From contig CALJSB010000030.1 of assembly GCA_937976305.1 (NCBI GenBank), positions 1 to 42,383 of the forward strand: a stretch of 42,383 nt of DNA, read 5' to 3'. Positions within the stretch are counted from its first letter, which is position 1, and each line of letters opens with the position of its first letter. The stretch comes from an uncultured Acidimicrobiales bacterium (lineage in GTDB: Bacteria; Actinomycetota; Acidimicrobiia; Acidimicrobiales; SZUA-35). The translations under genes and the position numbers were made by a program. Shown piece by piece: positions 26,035-35,935 of the stretch. The notes beneath the pieces were generated by a model. It ran no database searches and was not told where the DNA came from. It was given only the letters and a program-made list of their open reading frames with translations.

Positions 26035-27576
26035 GCGGAGGAGGCGCTTTTTGAGTTTGCCGTGGGCTTCGCGGGGGAGCGCGTCTGTCACGTCGATCGA
26101 TGCTGGCAGCTTGAACTTTGCGAGGTGCTGGCCAGCAAAGTCCATGATGTCGTCGACGTCGGGCTTGACGCCAGGCGGCGGTTCGACAACGGCCTTGATG
26201 GCTTGCCCGAGATCGTCGTCGGGAATGCCAAACACGGCCACGTCTGCGACAGACGGATGTTGGCTGAGCACGCCTTCGATCTCAGCCGGGTAGACGTTTG
26301 AACCGCCGACCAAGATGAGGTCGACCCGGCGGTCGGCCAGAAACAGAAACCCGTCCTCGTCGAGCCAGCCAACGTCGCCAACGGTGAAGCGGCCGTCGGG
26401 CAAGCGGCTCGCGGCGGTCTTCTCCGGAGCCTCGTGATACGAGGGGGCACCGTCGAGGCGCTTCACGTAGATCGTGCCCACTTCGCCGGGCCCGAGGTCG
26501 TTGCCATCGTCGTCGACAACAGACAGCACAAGCGTGCCCTGGGCCTGACCAACGGTGCCCGGACGAGCGAGCCACTCTTCGCTGGTGGCAATCACCGGCC
26601 CGGTGCCTTCTGACGACCCGTAGAGCTCGGTGATGACCGGGCCGAACCACTCGATCATCTCGCGCTTGGCCCATGGTGGACACGGGGCCGCGGTGTGCAG
26701 CACCCACTGCAACGAGCCGACGTCGTAGGTCGCTCGCTCGGCGTCGGGAAGTTTGAGCAGTCGGATGAACTGGGCCGGAACCATCGGCGTTGTCGTGATC
26801 TGATGTTTGTCGATGAGCGCAAGCGTGCCGATCGGATCGAACCGGTTCGTGATGAACACGGCGTGGTTTCGGCTGAGCCCTGCGGTGAGGCAAGCCGACC
26901 CGAGAGCGTGGTAGATCGGCGTGGTGATGGCCATGACGCCTCGCTCGGGCATCTTGGCCAGCGTGCCCCACCCGTCGTACCGCTTCGGAAAGTTCTCGAC
27001 CGACCCACTGAAATCAGAGCGCGTCACCCCTTTGGAACGCCCGGTGGTGCCCCCGGTGTAGAGCAGTGCCGAACCCATGGGCCCGTTCGCCGGCGGCTCG
27101 TCGGGTTGCGCCGCCAACCACGCTTCGTACTCATCGCCGAGCACGAGTAGGTCGACGTCGTGATCAACGAGCTCGATGGCGGTCTGCGCCGTTGCTTTGT
27201 TCTCTGGGTCGGTCACGAGCAGTTGGGCCTGTGAGTCAGCGATCAGTTCAGCGACCTCGGTCGCCGTGAGGTGCCAGTTGAGCGGAACGTATCGACAACC
27301 GGCTCGGCCGTTGCCGATGATGAGTTCGGCCCATTCGATGCGATTGTGGGCCAGCACCGCCCAACGATCGCCAGCGCCGAGCCCGTGCGTTGCCAGGCCA
27401 TTGGCGAACTGCCTTGCTCGCCGTTCGAGTGCGGCCCACGACAACGTTGCGATCTCGTCGAGCCCGTTGGCAAGGCAGGTGACCGCAATGCCATCAGGGT
27501 CCTCCGCCGTCGTCGGGAGAAGTGTTGCTGGTTGTCGGTCGCTCACCACCTGAGCTTGGTCGAGATCATCGAGCAA
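26014..27576 (-). CDS. AMP-dependent synthetase/ligase (fatty-acid-CoA ligase-like)
   Basis: AMP-binding motifs LLYTGGTTGRSKGV, YGSSEG, and the C-terminal GKLKKR lysine region. Confidence 0.88.
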   Translation of the reverse strand: MLDDLDQAQVVSDRQPATLLPTTAEDPDGIAVTCLANGLDEIATLSWAALERRARQFANGLATHGLGAGDRWAVLAHNRIEWAELIIGNGRAGCRYVPLNWHLTATEVAELIADSQAQLLVTDPENKATAQTAIELVDHDVDLLVLGDEYEAWLAAQPDEPPANGPMGSALLYTGGTTGRSKGVTRSDFSGSVENFPKRYDGWGTLAKMPERGVMAITTPIYHALGSACLTAGLSRNHAVFITNRFDPIGTLALIDKHQITTTPMVPAQFIRLLKLPDAERATYDVGSLQWVLHTAAPCPPWAKREMIEWFGPVITELYGSSEGTGPVIATSEEWLARPGTVGQAQGTLVLSVVDDDGNDLGPGEVGTIYVKRLDGAPSYHEAPEKTAASRLPDGRFTVGDVGWLDEDGFLFLADRRVDLILVGGSNVYPAEIEGVLSQHPSVADVAVFGIPDDDLGQAIKAVVEPPPGVKPDVDDIMDFAGQHLAKFKLPASIDVTDALPREAHGKLKKRLLRDPYWPS

Positions 27577-27699
27577 GGAAAATTCTTGTCAGCCCGGGAA
27601 CCAAGTCGCTTGCGACTACGTTCTGGTCGGGACAGGATGAGGGCAAGCGAACCGTGAGGGACTTGTCGTCGTCGTAAGTACACGAGGGCAAGAAGGGTT

Positions 27700-28368
27700 G
27701 TGATTGTGGGAAGACTGATTGAGGTGTCGTTGGGGTTCCCGACGGTCATTTTCACGACGCTCCTGCTCATCTCGCTCGGCTATTGGGTGATCGCAGCCTT
27801 CTCCGGAAACATCGATCTCGAAATCGATGCCGATGTCGGCGATGTCGGCACAGATGTTGGTGATGTCGGCGCAGACGGCGCCGGTGCTGATGGCGGTGGC
27901 TTCCTCGGCAATTTGCTTCAGAGTTTCGATCTGCACCACATGCCGATCACGGTCGTCATCACGGTCATCTCCCTCTTTGGCTGGGTCAGTTCGGGAATCG
28001 TCACGACACTCGCCGTGACAAATGGCGGGAGCGCCGGGATTCTCGTCGGCGTCTTCATTGCGCTCGGCGCCTTCGTCTTCTCGATCTTCATGGCCGGCCG
28101 AGTCGGCCGTATGTTGCGACCGTTCTTCGTGGCTGCGCTGCCGGTTCGGCGTGCCGATCTCATTGGCCGTATCTGCACCGTTCGCACCGGCAGGGTCGAC
28201 AAGTCATTCGGGCAGGCCGAGGTGAACGACGCCGAAAAGGCCGCCCACACCATTCAAGTTCGCTGCGCCGTCGACAACGAGTTGGTGGCAGGAAGCCAGG
28301 CTCTCATTGTGGATGTCGACAAAGAGGGGCGATTCATCGTCTCACCCGATGTCGACGGGCTCGTGTAG
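27700..28368 (+). CDS. NfeD-like (YqiJ/YuaF-type) membrane protein with C-terminal OB-fold
   Basis: N-terminal TM helices, an acidic DVGDVG repeat loop, further TM helices, then an NfeD-type beta-barrel tail (ICTVRTGRVDKSFGQAEVND ... IQVRCAVDNELVAGSQALIVDVDKEGRFIVSP). Confidence 0.75.
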   Translation: MIVGRLIEVSLGFPTVIFTTLLLISLGYWVIAAFSGNIDLEIDADVGDVGTDVGDVGADGAGADGGGFLGNLLQSFDLHHMPITVVITVISLFGWVSSGIVTTLAVTNGGSAGILVGVFIALGAFVFSIFMAGRVGRMLRPFFVAALPVRRADLIGRICTVRTGRVDKSFGQAEVNDAEKAAHTIQVRCAVDNELVAGSQALIVDVDKEGRFIVSPDVDGLV

Positions 28369-28454
28369 TTCGCAACCTCGGCTCTGTGGTGCAGGGTCAT
28401 CAACAGTCAGATCGCAAGTAACGGTTCTCAAACAAAGAGAAGAAAGAGGGACTC

Positions 28455-30371
28455 ATGTCCGGTGTTCTAGCCTTCGTAGTCGGCCTTGTGGTGATCGTTC
28501 TGGTCATCATTTTGCTGGTCGCGTTCGTCATTTCTCAGCTGTACCGCAAGGTGCCGCAGGGCAAGGCGCTCGTTGTCAGCACGACCCGCAACGTCGTTGT
28601 GTCGTTCACTGGTCGGACTGTTGTTCCGATCTTTCACAAAGCCGAGATCATGGACATCTCGGTCAAGACCATCGAGATTGACCGCCGCGGTACGGAGGGC
28701 CTGATCTGTCAGGACAACATCCGCGCCGACATCAAGGTCAACTTCTTCGTCCGAGTCAACAAGGCCGAGGAAGACGTCATCAAGGTCGCGCAGGCCATCG
28801 GCTGCGAGCGTGCCTCTGACCCGGTCACGCTCGAAGAGCTTTTTGCTGCGAAGTTCTCTGAAGCGTTGAAGACCGTCGGTAAGGCCATGGACTTCGTCTC
28901 GCTGTACACCGAGCGAGCATCGTTCCGCGATCGCATCATCGAAGTGATCGGCACCGACCTCAACGGCTACGCCCTCGAAGACGTTGCGATCGACTACCTC
29001 GAGCAAACGCCGCTCGAGCAACTCGACACCAACAACATTCTCGATGCCCAGGGCATCCGCAAGATCACCGAGCTCACCGCCGTCGAGCACGTCGCCACCA
29101 ACAACGCGGCGAACGACGAAGCCAAGATGATCACGGCAAAGAACGTCGAGACCCGTGAGGCCGTGCTTGAGCTCGAGCGCCAGCAGGCCGACGCCGAGGC
29201 CCGTCAACGTCGTGAGGTCGAGGCCGTGCGCGCTCGTGAGCAGGCAACGATTGACACGATCAAGGCCGAGGAGAAGCTGCGGGCCGAGATGGCCAATCTC
29301 GAGACCGACCAGAAGCTCGGCATCGAACAAGAGAACCTTCAGCGAGAGGTCGAGGTCGCCGGGAAGAACCGCGAGCGAGTGCTTGCCGTTGAGGCCGAGC
29401 GCGTTCGCAAGGCAGCCGAGCTCGAGGACATGAGCCGTCGCGTTGAGACACTCGCCGCCGAAAAGGCGCTCGAAGAAGAGAAGAGCACGATTGCCGACAT
29501 TCGCCGCAACCGAGTGGCTGTCGACAAGACCGTGGCTGAACAAGAAGAAGCCATCGCCACACTGCGAGTTGTCGAAGAGGCAAACCGTCAGCGCGACGCC
29601 GTTGTGATCGAGGCGGAGGCCATCGCCCAGGGTGATCTCGTCAAGGACATCAAGGCAGCCGAAGCAGCCGAGACGGCAGCAACGCATGAGGCAAAGCGTC
29701 AGCTCACGCTGGCTCAGGCCACGATGGAGTCGTCTGATCTCGAGGCCAGGGCCAAGATCCGTATGGCTGAAGGTGTGAAGGCTGAGGAGGCGGCACAAGG
29801 TCTCGCCGAAGTCGACGTGATGACCGCCCGGGCCGACGCTGAAGAGAAGCTCGGCATGGCCGAAGTCAATGTCGATCTGGCCAAGGCCGGCATCATCCGC
29901 GAGCAGGGTACAGCCGAGGCCGAGGCCGTCGAGGCCAAGCTCAAGGGCGAAGCAGCGGGTCTCCACGACAAGGCTGCCGCCATGAAGGAACTCGAAGGAG
30001 TCGGCCAGGAGCACGAGGAGTTCATCCGCAACCTCGAAGCTGAGACCAAGGTCCGCCTGGCCCAAGTCGATGCCAACGTTGGTGTGGCCACGGTGCAGGC
30101 CGAAGCCATGAAGTCCGGCCTCGAGAGTGCCGACATCGACATCGTCGGTGGTTCGGACATCTTTGTCGATCGGATCATCGGGGCCATTGGCCATGGCAAG
30201 GCAGTCGACGGGTTCGTCGAGAACTCCGAGCTCGCAACAACGGCCCTGGCTCCGTACGCCAGCGGTGACGAAGACCTCGTCGCCAAGATTGCCGAAGCCA
30301 TTTCCGGCCTTGGAGCCGACGGCATCCGCGATCTCTCCGTCGCCGACCTGCTTCGTCAGATCGGCAAGTAG
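28455..30371 (+). CDS. flotillin-family SPFH/band-7 protein (YqiK/FloT-like)
   Basis: N-terminal TM, an SPFH domain (QGKALVVSTTRNVVVSF ... ISVKTIEIDRR ... IRADIKVNFFVRV), and a very long E/A/K/R-rich coiled-coil flotillin region. Confidence 0.88.
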   Translation: MSGVLAFVVGLVVIVLVIILLVAFVISQLYRKVPQGKALVVSTTRNVVVSFTGRTVVPIFHKAEIMDISVKTIEIDRRGTEGLICQDNIRADIKVNFFVRVNKAEEDVIKVAQAIGCERASDPVTLEELFAAKFSEALKTVGKAMDFVSLYTERASFRDRIIEVIGTDLNGYALEDVAIDYLEQTPLEQLDTNNILDAQGIRKITELTAVEHVATNNAANDEAKMITAKNVETREAVLELERQQADAEARQRREVEAVRAREQATIDTIKAEEKLRAEMANLETDQKLGIEQENLQREVEVAGKNRERVLAVEAERVRKAAELEDMSRRVETLAAEKALEEEKSTIADIRRNRVAVDKTVAEQEEAIATLRVVEEANRQRDAVVIEAEAIAQGDLVKDIKAAEAAETAATHEAKRQLTLAQATMESSDLEARAKIRMAEGVKAEEAAQGLAEVDVMTARADAEEKLGMAEVNVDLAKAGIIREQGTAEAEAVEAKLKGEAAGLHDKAAAMKELEGVGQEHEEFIRNLEAETKVRLAQVDANVGVATVQAEAMKSGLESADIDIVGGSDIFVDRIIGAIGHGKAVDGFVENSELATTALAPYASGDEDLVAKIAEAISGLGADGIRDLSVADLLRQIGK

Positions 30372-30374
30372 CCG

Positions 30375-33300
30375 GTGAGCGACGCCTCTTCGGAAGCATC
30401 GGCTGATCCGCCGGGTGGCGGAGACGTCGGTGCCCCTGGCGAAGAACCTGCTGCCTCCAGCGGTGAGGCTGGCCAAGGCCAGATCGCACAGGGAACCTAT
30501 GAGCTCCTCCGCGGTCGACTCTCGACTGCGGCCAGCGAGTTGGTCAAGCGCGCCAATGCCCTGAACGACGAGCGGCTCGGTGTCTTTGGATCGTCCAAGC
30601 TCGAGTTGGTTGCCACTGAACGGGTGAGGACCGAGTCAAACGCCGTCCCTCGCGATGTCGTGTCGGTCGGCGATCAGTTGGTGCTGGCCTACAACGTGGC
30701 GGCGGGCATCAAGGCCGAGACGCGATCTGAAGACGTCTTCGCGGTGCATCACCTCGAGTTGGGTGATGGCCCAACCGACATCACGTTCAGCCCCAATCCT
30801 GAGGGCCTGGTCGGCTCTGTCCTGGCTGATGATCAGTTTCATCGTGACTTCGACGAGCTCTACACCTATTTCAAGGAGGCCAACCTTCAGCAGCTGTATC
30901 GCACCGCGCAACGAATGCTTGCGGTGTTCCGTACCGGCGGTGGGGCCAACGACGTTCGAGTGCTGCGGTGGCAGATCGAAAACGACGGGTCGCTCCGCTA
31001 CCTCGACGCCCGCGGCGAGCGAGATCACCGCTTTCCCGCCAACCAAGATGTTGAGTGGACCCTCACGACACGGGCCGAACACGTCGGTGGCCGCCACATC
31101 GAGATCGGCGACCGCATCATGGTCAACCCGCTCGGCGGCTCGCTCGACATCCGCCTCGACGACGGCGGCGAAGGCACCCTCCTTCTGAGCGACCGTCTCG
31201 AGCACGCCGACCAATCGCTCGCCGATTGTCAGATCAGCTGGGCCAAGGCCGGCGATCTTCGCCTCATCGACGTGTTGCCCTACGGCGAAACCCAGCACCG
31301 GTACTACATCGTCAACATGCTGGTGCACTCCGCCGTGCGGATGGATGCCCTTGGTGAGGCGTTCCGCCAGCTGCCAGACAATCAGGGCATCATCTTTCCC
31401 GACGGCGTCTATCTGAAGACGGGAGAGGTGCGCACGTTCGACCTCGCGGTCGACGAGATGGAACTGCTTGAGGTCGTGCGCTCGCCCAACGGCGAGGACG
31501 TCATGTATGTGTTCCACGAACGGATGGGTGGCCGCTCGATCCTGCTGCCCTACAACGTCGTGCGCCAAGAGGTCGCGGCGCCCATCTGGTGTCATGGTCA
31601 CTCACTCTTCGACGACGGCACGATGGTTGTGTTTCGAGAAGAGCCAGAGCCAACGACGATTCACCCACTGCAGATCTGGGTGACGCCATTTTCGAGCGAC
31701 GAGTGGTACGCCGCCCAACCTCGTGAGGCTACGAAGTTCGATCGCATTGGTAACGCCTCGTTGGTCAACGGCATCGCTGATGCGCTGGCCCTCGGCCGAC
31801 TGGTATCTGAAGTCGAGCCATCCACCGCCGTCTACGCCGACGTTCTGGCGTCCACCGGGCGGTTCATCGACGCTCACCATTGGGCAGCCGACGACGCAGT
31901 TGGCAACTTGGCCGAGCCGGCCAACGACATTCGCCTTGTTGCCGAGCAAGTCATCGACGAGTTCGAGCGGCTGCAAGAGGTGCAGGCCTCAGCTGCGGCG
32001 ACCTTGGCCGAAGCAAGCGAAGAAACCGAGCGGACCCTCGAGGATCTCCGCCTCAGCCCACCGAAGACCACCGAGGGATACATCGACGGTTTGGCCGACA
32101 TTCGCCGCCGCATCGGTCACCTGCACACCATTCGCGAACAGCGCGAGATTGATCTGGTTCGCGTTGACGAACTCATTGGTTCGGCCGAGACGGCCTACAA
32201 CGATCTGGCCCAATCTGCTGCCGCCCACCTCTCGACTGACAACGCGTTCGTTCCCTATCACGAGCGGTTGACAGAGATCTCCAACCAGACACCAAACCTT
32301 CTCTCGTCGCTCGAAGCAACTGAGCTGATGGACGAGGTCGACGCCGTCGCCGAATCCATGGATCTCGTCGCCGGCACCGTCGGCGACTTGGTCGTCGAAG
32401 ACCCGCGAGTCCGAACCTCCGTGCTCGAACAGGTCTCCGGCGTGCTGGCCGAGCTGAACCGTGTCCGGGCCGGGGCGGAAGGCAAGCGCGAAGAACTCGT
32501 GCAGTCAGAAACGGGTGCGGCCTTTGCCACTGAGCTCGGCTTGTTCGGCCAGTCGATTGCCGCCGCGGTCGGACGGGCCGACACGCCCGAAGCGTGCGAC
32601 GAAGCCCTCGCTCGCCTGCTCCTCCAGCTCGAGCAACTCGAAACCGCAGGCCCTCGGACCGAGGCGCAGCTCGACGAGTTGAACCAACGACGCGATCAGG
32701 TCACCGAAGCGCTTTCAGGTCGCCGGCAGCAACTGGTCGACGAACGCCAGCAGCGAGCCGAACGTTTGGTGTCCGCAGCCGACCGCACGCTCGTGCGCGT
32801 GGGGGAGCGAGCGCAAACGCTCGACTCTGTCGACGATGTCAACGGCTTCTATGCCGCCGACCCCATGGTCGCCCGCGTTCGCAAGCTGGTCGACGATCTT
32901 CGTGAGCTTGGCGAGCCTGTTCGAGCCGACGAGCTGCAGTCGAAGTTGGGGGCATCTCGCGACAATGCAGCCCGAGCGCTGCGAGATCGCCAAGATCTCT
33001 TTGATGGCGAAGCGGTCAAGCTCGGCCGTCATCGCTTCAGCGTCGATGACCGTGCCCGCGAACTCACCATCGTCCCGAGCGGCGAGCAACTCAACGCGGT
33101 GCTCACGGGTACTGATTTGCGCCTCCCCGTCACCGGCCCAGGACTCGACAACCTCAAAGAACTGTGGGATCAGCCACTGTCGTCAGAAAGCCCCGAGCTC
33201 TACCGATCGGCCTTCCTGGCCGGTGATCTGCTGCTCGACACGCTGCACGGCGGTGCCGACCCCGAACGAGACGAAGCCATCAGAACTGCGCTTCGCAACG

Positions 33301-35924
33301 AGGATGCCGATGCGATCCTCCGAATCGTGCGGGCCGAGGTCGACAACCGCCTCGACGAGGGATACGACCGAGGTGTCCACGACCTCGACGCAGCCCGCAT
33401 TCTCGAGGGCTTCGGAGCCGTCGCTCACGTGGCAGACACCCTGACGGCAACGAGCTCGACCAGAGCGGCCGCCCAGATTGCGTGGGCCCACCGCTTCTCT
33501 GACCACCAGCGTGATCGCTGGACCGACCGAGGACGGGCTGGAGCCACGCTGGGCCTCGACAAGGCCACCGTCGCCGAGCTCACTGAGGAACTGGCCGCTG
33601 ACTTGGCCCGGACCTCTGACGCTGAAGCTGAGGTGGCGATCGCTGATCGTCTGGTCGCCCGCTACCTGATGGCCGAGTTGCTGAACCCCGATGGTTTGGC
33701 GTTTGCCCAGACGCGGGCCGCATCGGAGCTCACCGACCGGTTCGCATCGTCGCCAGATGTGCGGGCCCTCGTCGACGGAATGGACGACGATCTCGGCGGT
33801 GTCACGACGGTGCTTGCCGACTACGTGAGCCGCGAAGTGCGCGACGTCGAGAGCCATCTGATCGATGAGATCGTCGCCGCACTTGTCACTCCTGATCTTC
33901 CCCGTCGCATTGTCGATGTCGAGCTCGCCGTGTCGGTCGACGGACTGATCGGCCGTCACGTCACGTTCGAAGCTGGCACGCTCGCTGATCGAGTCGATGG
34001 CCTACTCGAAACAGTCGACCGCCATCGGCTGGCAACGCTCCCTGCTCACCGAGCGTTTGCGGCGGCTCGTCGCGAAGCGCTCGATGATGTGAAAGACACC
34101 CTGCGTGTCGACGAGCTCGAGCCTCGGGTGCCCGAGGGCTTTGTTCGTAACCAACTGATCGACCAGGTGTATCTGCCGCTCATCGGCGACAACTTGTCCC
34201 GCCAGATCGGCACCGTTGACGATCGCACGGGCGCCCGATCTGGCCTGTTGATGTTGCTGTCGCCCCCGGGCTACGGCAAGACCCTGCTTGTTGAATACCT
34301 CGCCGATCGCCTCGGCATGGCCTTGGTCAAGGTGTCTGGCCCAGGTTTGGGTCACGACGTCACGTCGCTCGACCCCGGCCAGGCGCCGAGCGCGACTGCA
34401 GCCCGCGAGATCGAACGCATCAACTTGTCATTCGCCGTTGGCACCAACGTGATCCTCTACCTCGACGACATTCAGCACACCAACGCTGAGTTTCTCCAAC
34501 GGTTCATTGCCCTCTGTGATGCGCAACGGCGAGTCGAGGGTGTGTGGAACGGTGAGTCGACCTCGTTCGACCTGCGAGGCAAACGCTTCGCCGTCGTCAT
34601 GGCCGGCAACCCCTACACCGAGTCGGGTGAGCGGTTCCGCGTGCCGGACATGCTGGCCAACCGAGCCGACACCTACAACCTCGGTGACGTGCTCGAAGGC
34701 AACGCTGATCTGTTCGCCAAGAGCTATCTCGAGAACGCCCTCAGCTCGAACCCGGTGCTGGCGCCACTTGTCGGCACCGACCCTGGCGATCTCGAACGCT
34801 TCTTCCGTGCCGCCGACGGCGAGCCGCTCGACGAGTCGTCGCTCAAGCAGAGCTACTCGTCCGCTGAAGCCAACGAGATCGTCTCGGTGTTGCGTCACCT
34901 GCGCCAGGTGCAAGAGGTCGTTCTCACGGTGAACCGTCAGTACATCGCTTCTGCCGCCAGTGCAGATGCCTATCGGACCGAACCGCCGTTCCTCCTGCAG
35001 GGCTCGTACCGAAACATGGCGCGGATGGCATCCAAGCTGCTGCCCGCGATGACCGCCGAAGAGGTCGATCGGATCATCGATGAGCACTACACCGCAGAAT
35101 CGCAAGCGCTCACGGGTGCCGCGGAATCAAACCTGCTGAAGCTTGCTGAGATGCGGGGAACGATGACGGACGAGCAGCGAGCTCGCTGGGACGACATCTT
35201 GTCGACCTTCCGTCGTCAGCAGCGAATGGGTGGCGACGAGCGAGATCCAGCCACGCGGGTGGTTGCGGCCATCGAAAACGTGGCTGAGGCGCTCGGCAAT
35301 CCGGCATTGGCCGCCGCCAGTGCTCCAGCCCCGCCGCCTGAGCCCGAGCAGGTCGAGAAAGCAGAGCCAGTAGATCCGCCGCCTCCACCACAGATCGTGA
35401 TGCCGCCGATCGAGATGCCTCCCGTGGTGATTCCACCAATCGAGGTCAACGTCAACGCGCCTGAAACCGGAACTGACCCGGCCGCGGCTGCGGCGATGAT
35501 CTCCGCCATCGAGCGAGTGGCTGATGCTCTCAGCATGCAGGAGCCGCTTGCGGCCCGAGCCATCGACCTGCTCGCGTCTGAAGCGTCGAAGCGACGTGGG
35601 GGCGCCCGCGCTGCGAGCGTCGGGCCGTCTGTGCCCCCTCGACCGCCGGTGCCTCGGCCGCAGTCGTCAACCAGAGATCCGATTCGAGCGGCATCAGAGG
35701 CGCAGCCACCGTCGCAGAAGGCGGTAGCCAAACGGGCGGCTGCAAAGAAGCCGACCAAGGCCGCAGGCCATCGCATTGCTGCGAATCGTCGGGCCTCGGC
35801 GCCGCCGCAGCCGCCGCAGCAGTTCCGTCGGGACCACAAGCCAATGTCGCCAAAGCCTCCGGCACCGCCGGGGAGTGGGAAGCCTCCTCAAAAGCCGAAG
35901 GCGAAGAAGCCTCCGGCTGAGTAG
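30375..35924 (+). CDS. giant (1849 aa) protein of unknown function with an AAA_5 (MoxR/McrB/dynein-like) ATPase module near residues 1180-1340 and a Pro/Lys-rich C-terminal tail
   Basis: GTG start 3 nt after the flotillin stop. Walker A LLSPPGYGKT, Walker B ILYLDDIQ, and sensor/Arg-finger-like MAGNPYTESGERFRVPDMLANRAD. About 1150 aa of N-terminal sequence that I cannot assign. Tail contains PPPPPQIVMPPIEMPPVVIPPIEV and KPPAPPGSGKPPQKPKAKKPPAE. Confidence 0.85.
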   Translation: MSDASSEASADPPGGGDVGAPGEEPAASSGEAGQGQIAQGTYELLRGRLSTAASELVKRANALNDERLGVFGSSKLELVATERVRTESNAVPRDVVSVGDQLVLAYNVAAGIKAETRSEDVFAVHHLELGDGPTDITFSPNPEGLVGSVLADDQFHRDFDELYTYFKEANLQQLYRTAQRMLAVFRTGGGANDVRVLRWQIENDGSLRYLDARGERDHRFPANQDVEWTLTTRAEHVGGRHIEIGDRIMVNPLGGSLDIRLDDGGEGTLLLSDRLEHADQSLADCQISWAKAGDLRLIDVLPYGETQHRYYIVNMLVHSAVRMDALGEAFRQLPDNQGIIFPDGVYLKTGEVRTFDLAVDEMELLEVVRSPNGEDVMYVFHERMGGRSILLPYNVVRQEVAAPIWCHGHSLFDDGTMVVFREEPEPTTIHPLQIWVTPFSSDEWYAAQPREATKFDRIGNASLVNGIADALALGRLVSEVEPSTAVYADVLASTGRFIDAHHWAADDAVGNLAEPANDIRLVAEQVIDEFERLQEVQASAAATLAEASEETERTLEDLRLSPPKTTEGYIDGLADIRRRIGHLHTIREQREIDLVRVDELIGSAETAYNDLAQSAAAHLSTDNAFVPYHERLTEISNQTPNLLSSLEATELMDEVDAVAESMDLVAGTVGDLVVEDPRVRTSVLEQVSGVLAELNRVRAGAEGKREELVQSETGAAFATELGLFGQSIAAAVGRADTPEACDEALARLLLQLEQLETAGPRTEAQLDELNQRRDQVTEALSGRRQQLVDERQQRAERLVSAADRTLVRVGERAQTLDSVDDVNGFYAADPMVARVRKLVDDLRELGEPVRADELQSKLGASRDNAARALRDRQDLFDGEAVKLGRHRFSVDDRARELTIVPSGEQLNAVLTGTDLRLPVTGPGLDNLKELWDQPLSSESPELYRSAFLAGDLLLDTLHGGADPERDEAIRTALRNEDADAILRIVRAEVDNRLDEGYDRGVHDLDAARILEGFGAVAHVADTLTATSSTRAAAQIAWAHRFSDHQRDRWTDRGRAGATLGLDKATVAELTEELAADLARTSDAEAEVAIADRLVARYLMAELLNPDGLAFAQTRAASELTDRFASSPDVRALVDGMDDDLGGVTTVLADYVSREVRDVESHLIDEIVAALVTPDLPRRIVDVELAVSVDGLIGRHVTFEAGTLADRVDGLLETVDRHRLATLPAHRAFAAARREALDDVKDTLRVDELEPRVPEGFVRNQLIDQVYLPLIGDNLSRQIGTVDDRTGARSGLLMLLSPPGYGKTLLVEYLADRLGMALVKVSGPGLGHDVTSLDPGQAPSATAAREIERINLSFAVGTNVILYLDDIQHTNAEFLQRFIALCDAQRRVEGVWNGESTSFDLRGKRFAVVMAGNPYTESGERFRVPDMLANRADTYNLGDVLEGNADLFAKSYLENALSSNPVLAPLVGTDPGDLERFFRAADGEPLDESSLKQSYSSAEANEIVSVLRHLRQVQEVVLTVNRQYIASAASADAYRTEPPFLLQGSYRNMARMASKLLPAMTAEEVDRIIDEHYTAESQALTGAAESNLLKLAEMRGTMTDEQRARWDDILSTFRRQQRMGGDERDPATRVVAAIENVAEALGNPALAAASAPAPPPEPEQVEKAEPVDPPPPPQIVMPPIEMPPVVIPPIEVNVNAPETGTDPAAAAAMISAIERVADALSMQEPLAARAIDLLASEASKRRGGARAASVGPSVPPRPPVPRPQSSTRDPIRAASEAQPPSQKAVAKRAAAKKPTKAAGHRIAANRRASAPPQPPQQFRRDHKPMSPKPPAPPGSGKPPQKPKAKKPPAE

Positions 35925-35935
35925 CAACCCTCGAC

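Noticed and set aside
27699-27723. Apparent 1-nt discrepancy between my manual reading of the printed sequence and the ORF-track frame at the NfeD-like start
   Set aside because: Most likely my own counting error on one printed line. Frame checks at both ends of the ORF agree with the track, so I treated the track coordinates as authoritative and did not call a frameshift.
30636-35105. Several long minus-strand ORFs (e.g. 30636..31601, 33183..33959, 34428..35105) and plus-strand shadow ORFs inside the giant gene
   Set aside because: They are antisense or out-of-frame relative to a continuous 1849-codon ORF with strong motifs. Long spurious ORFs are expected in a high-GC sequence, and their translations are Arg/Gly/Val-rich low-complexity typical of non-coding frames.
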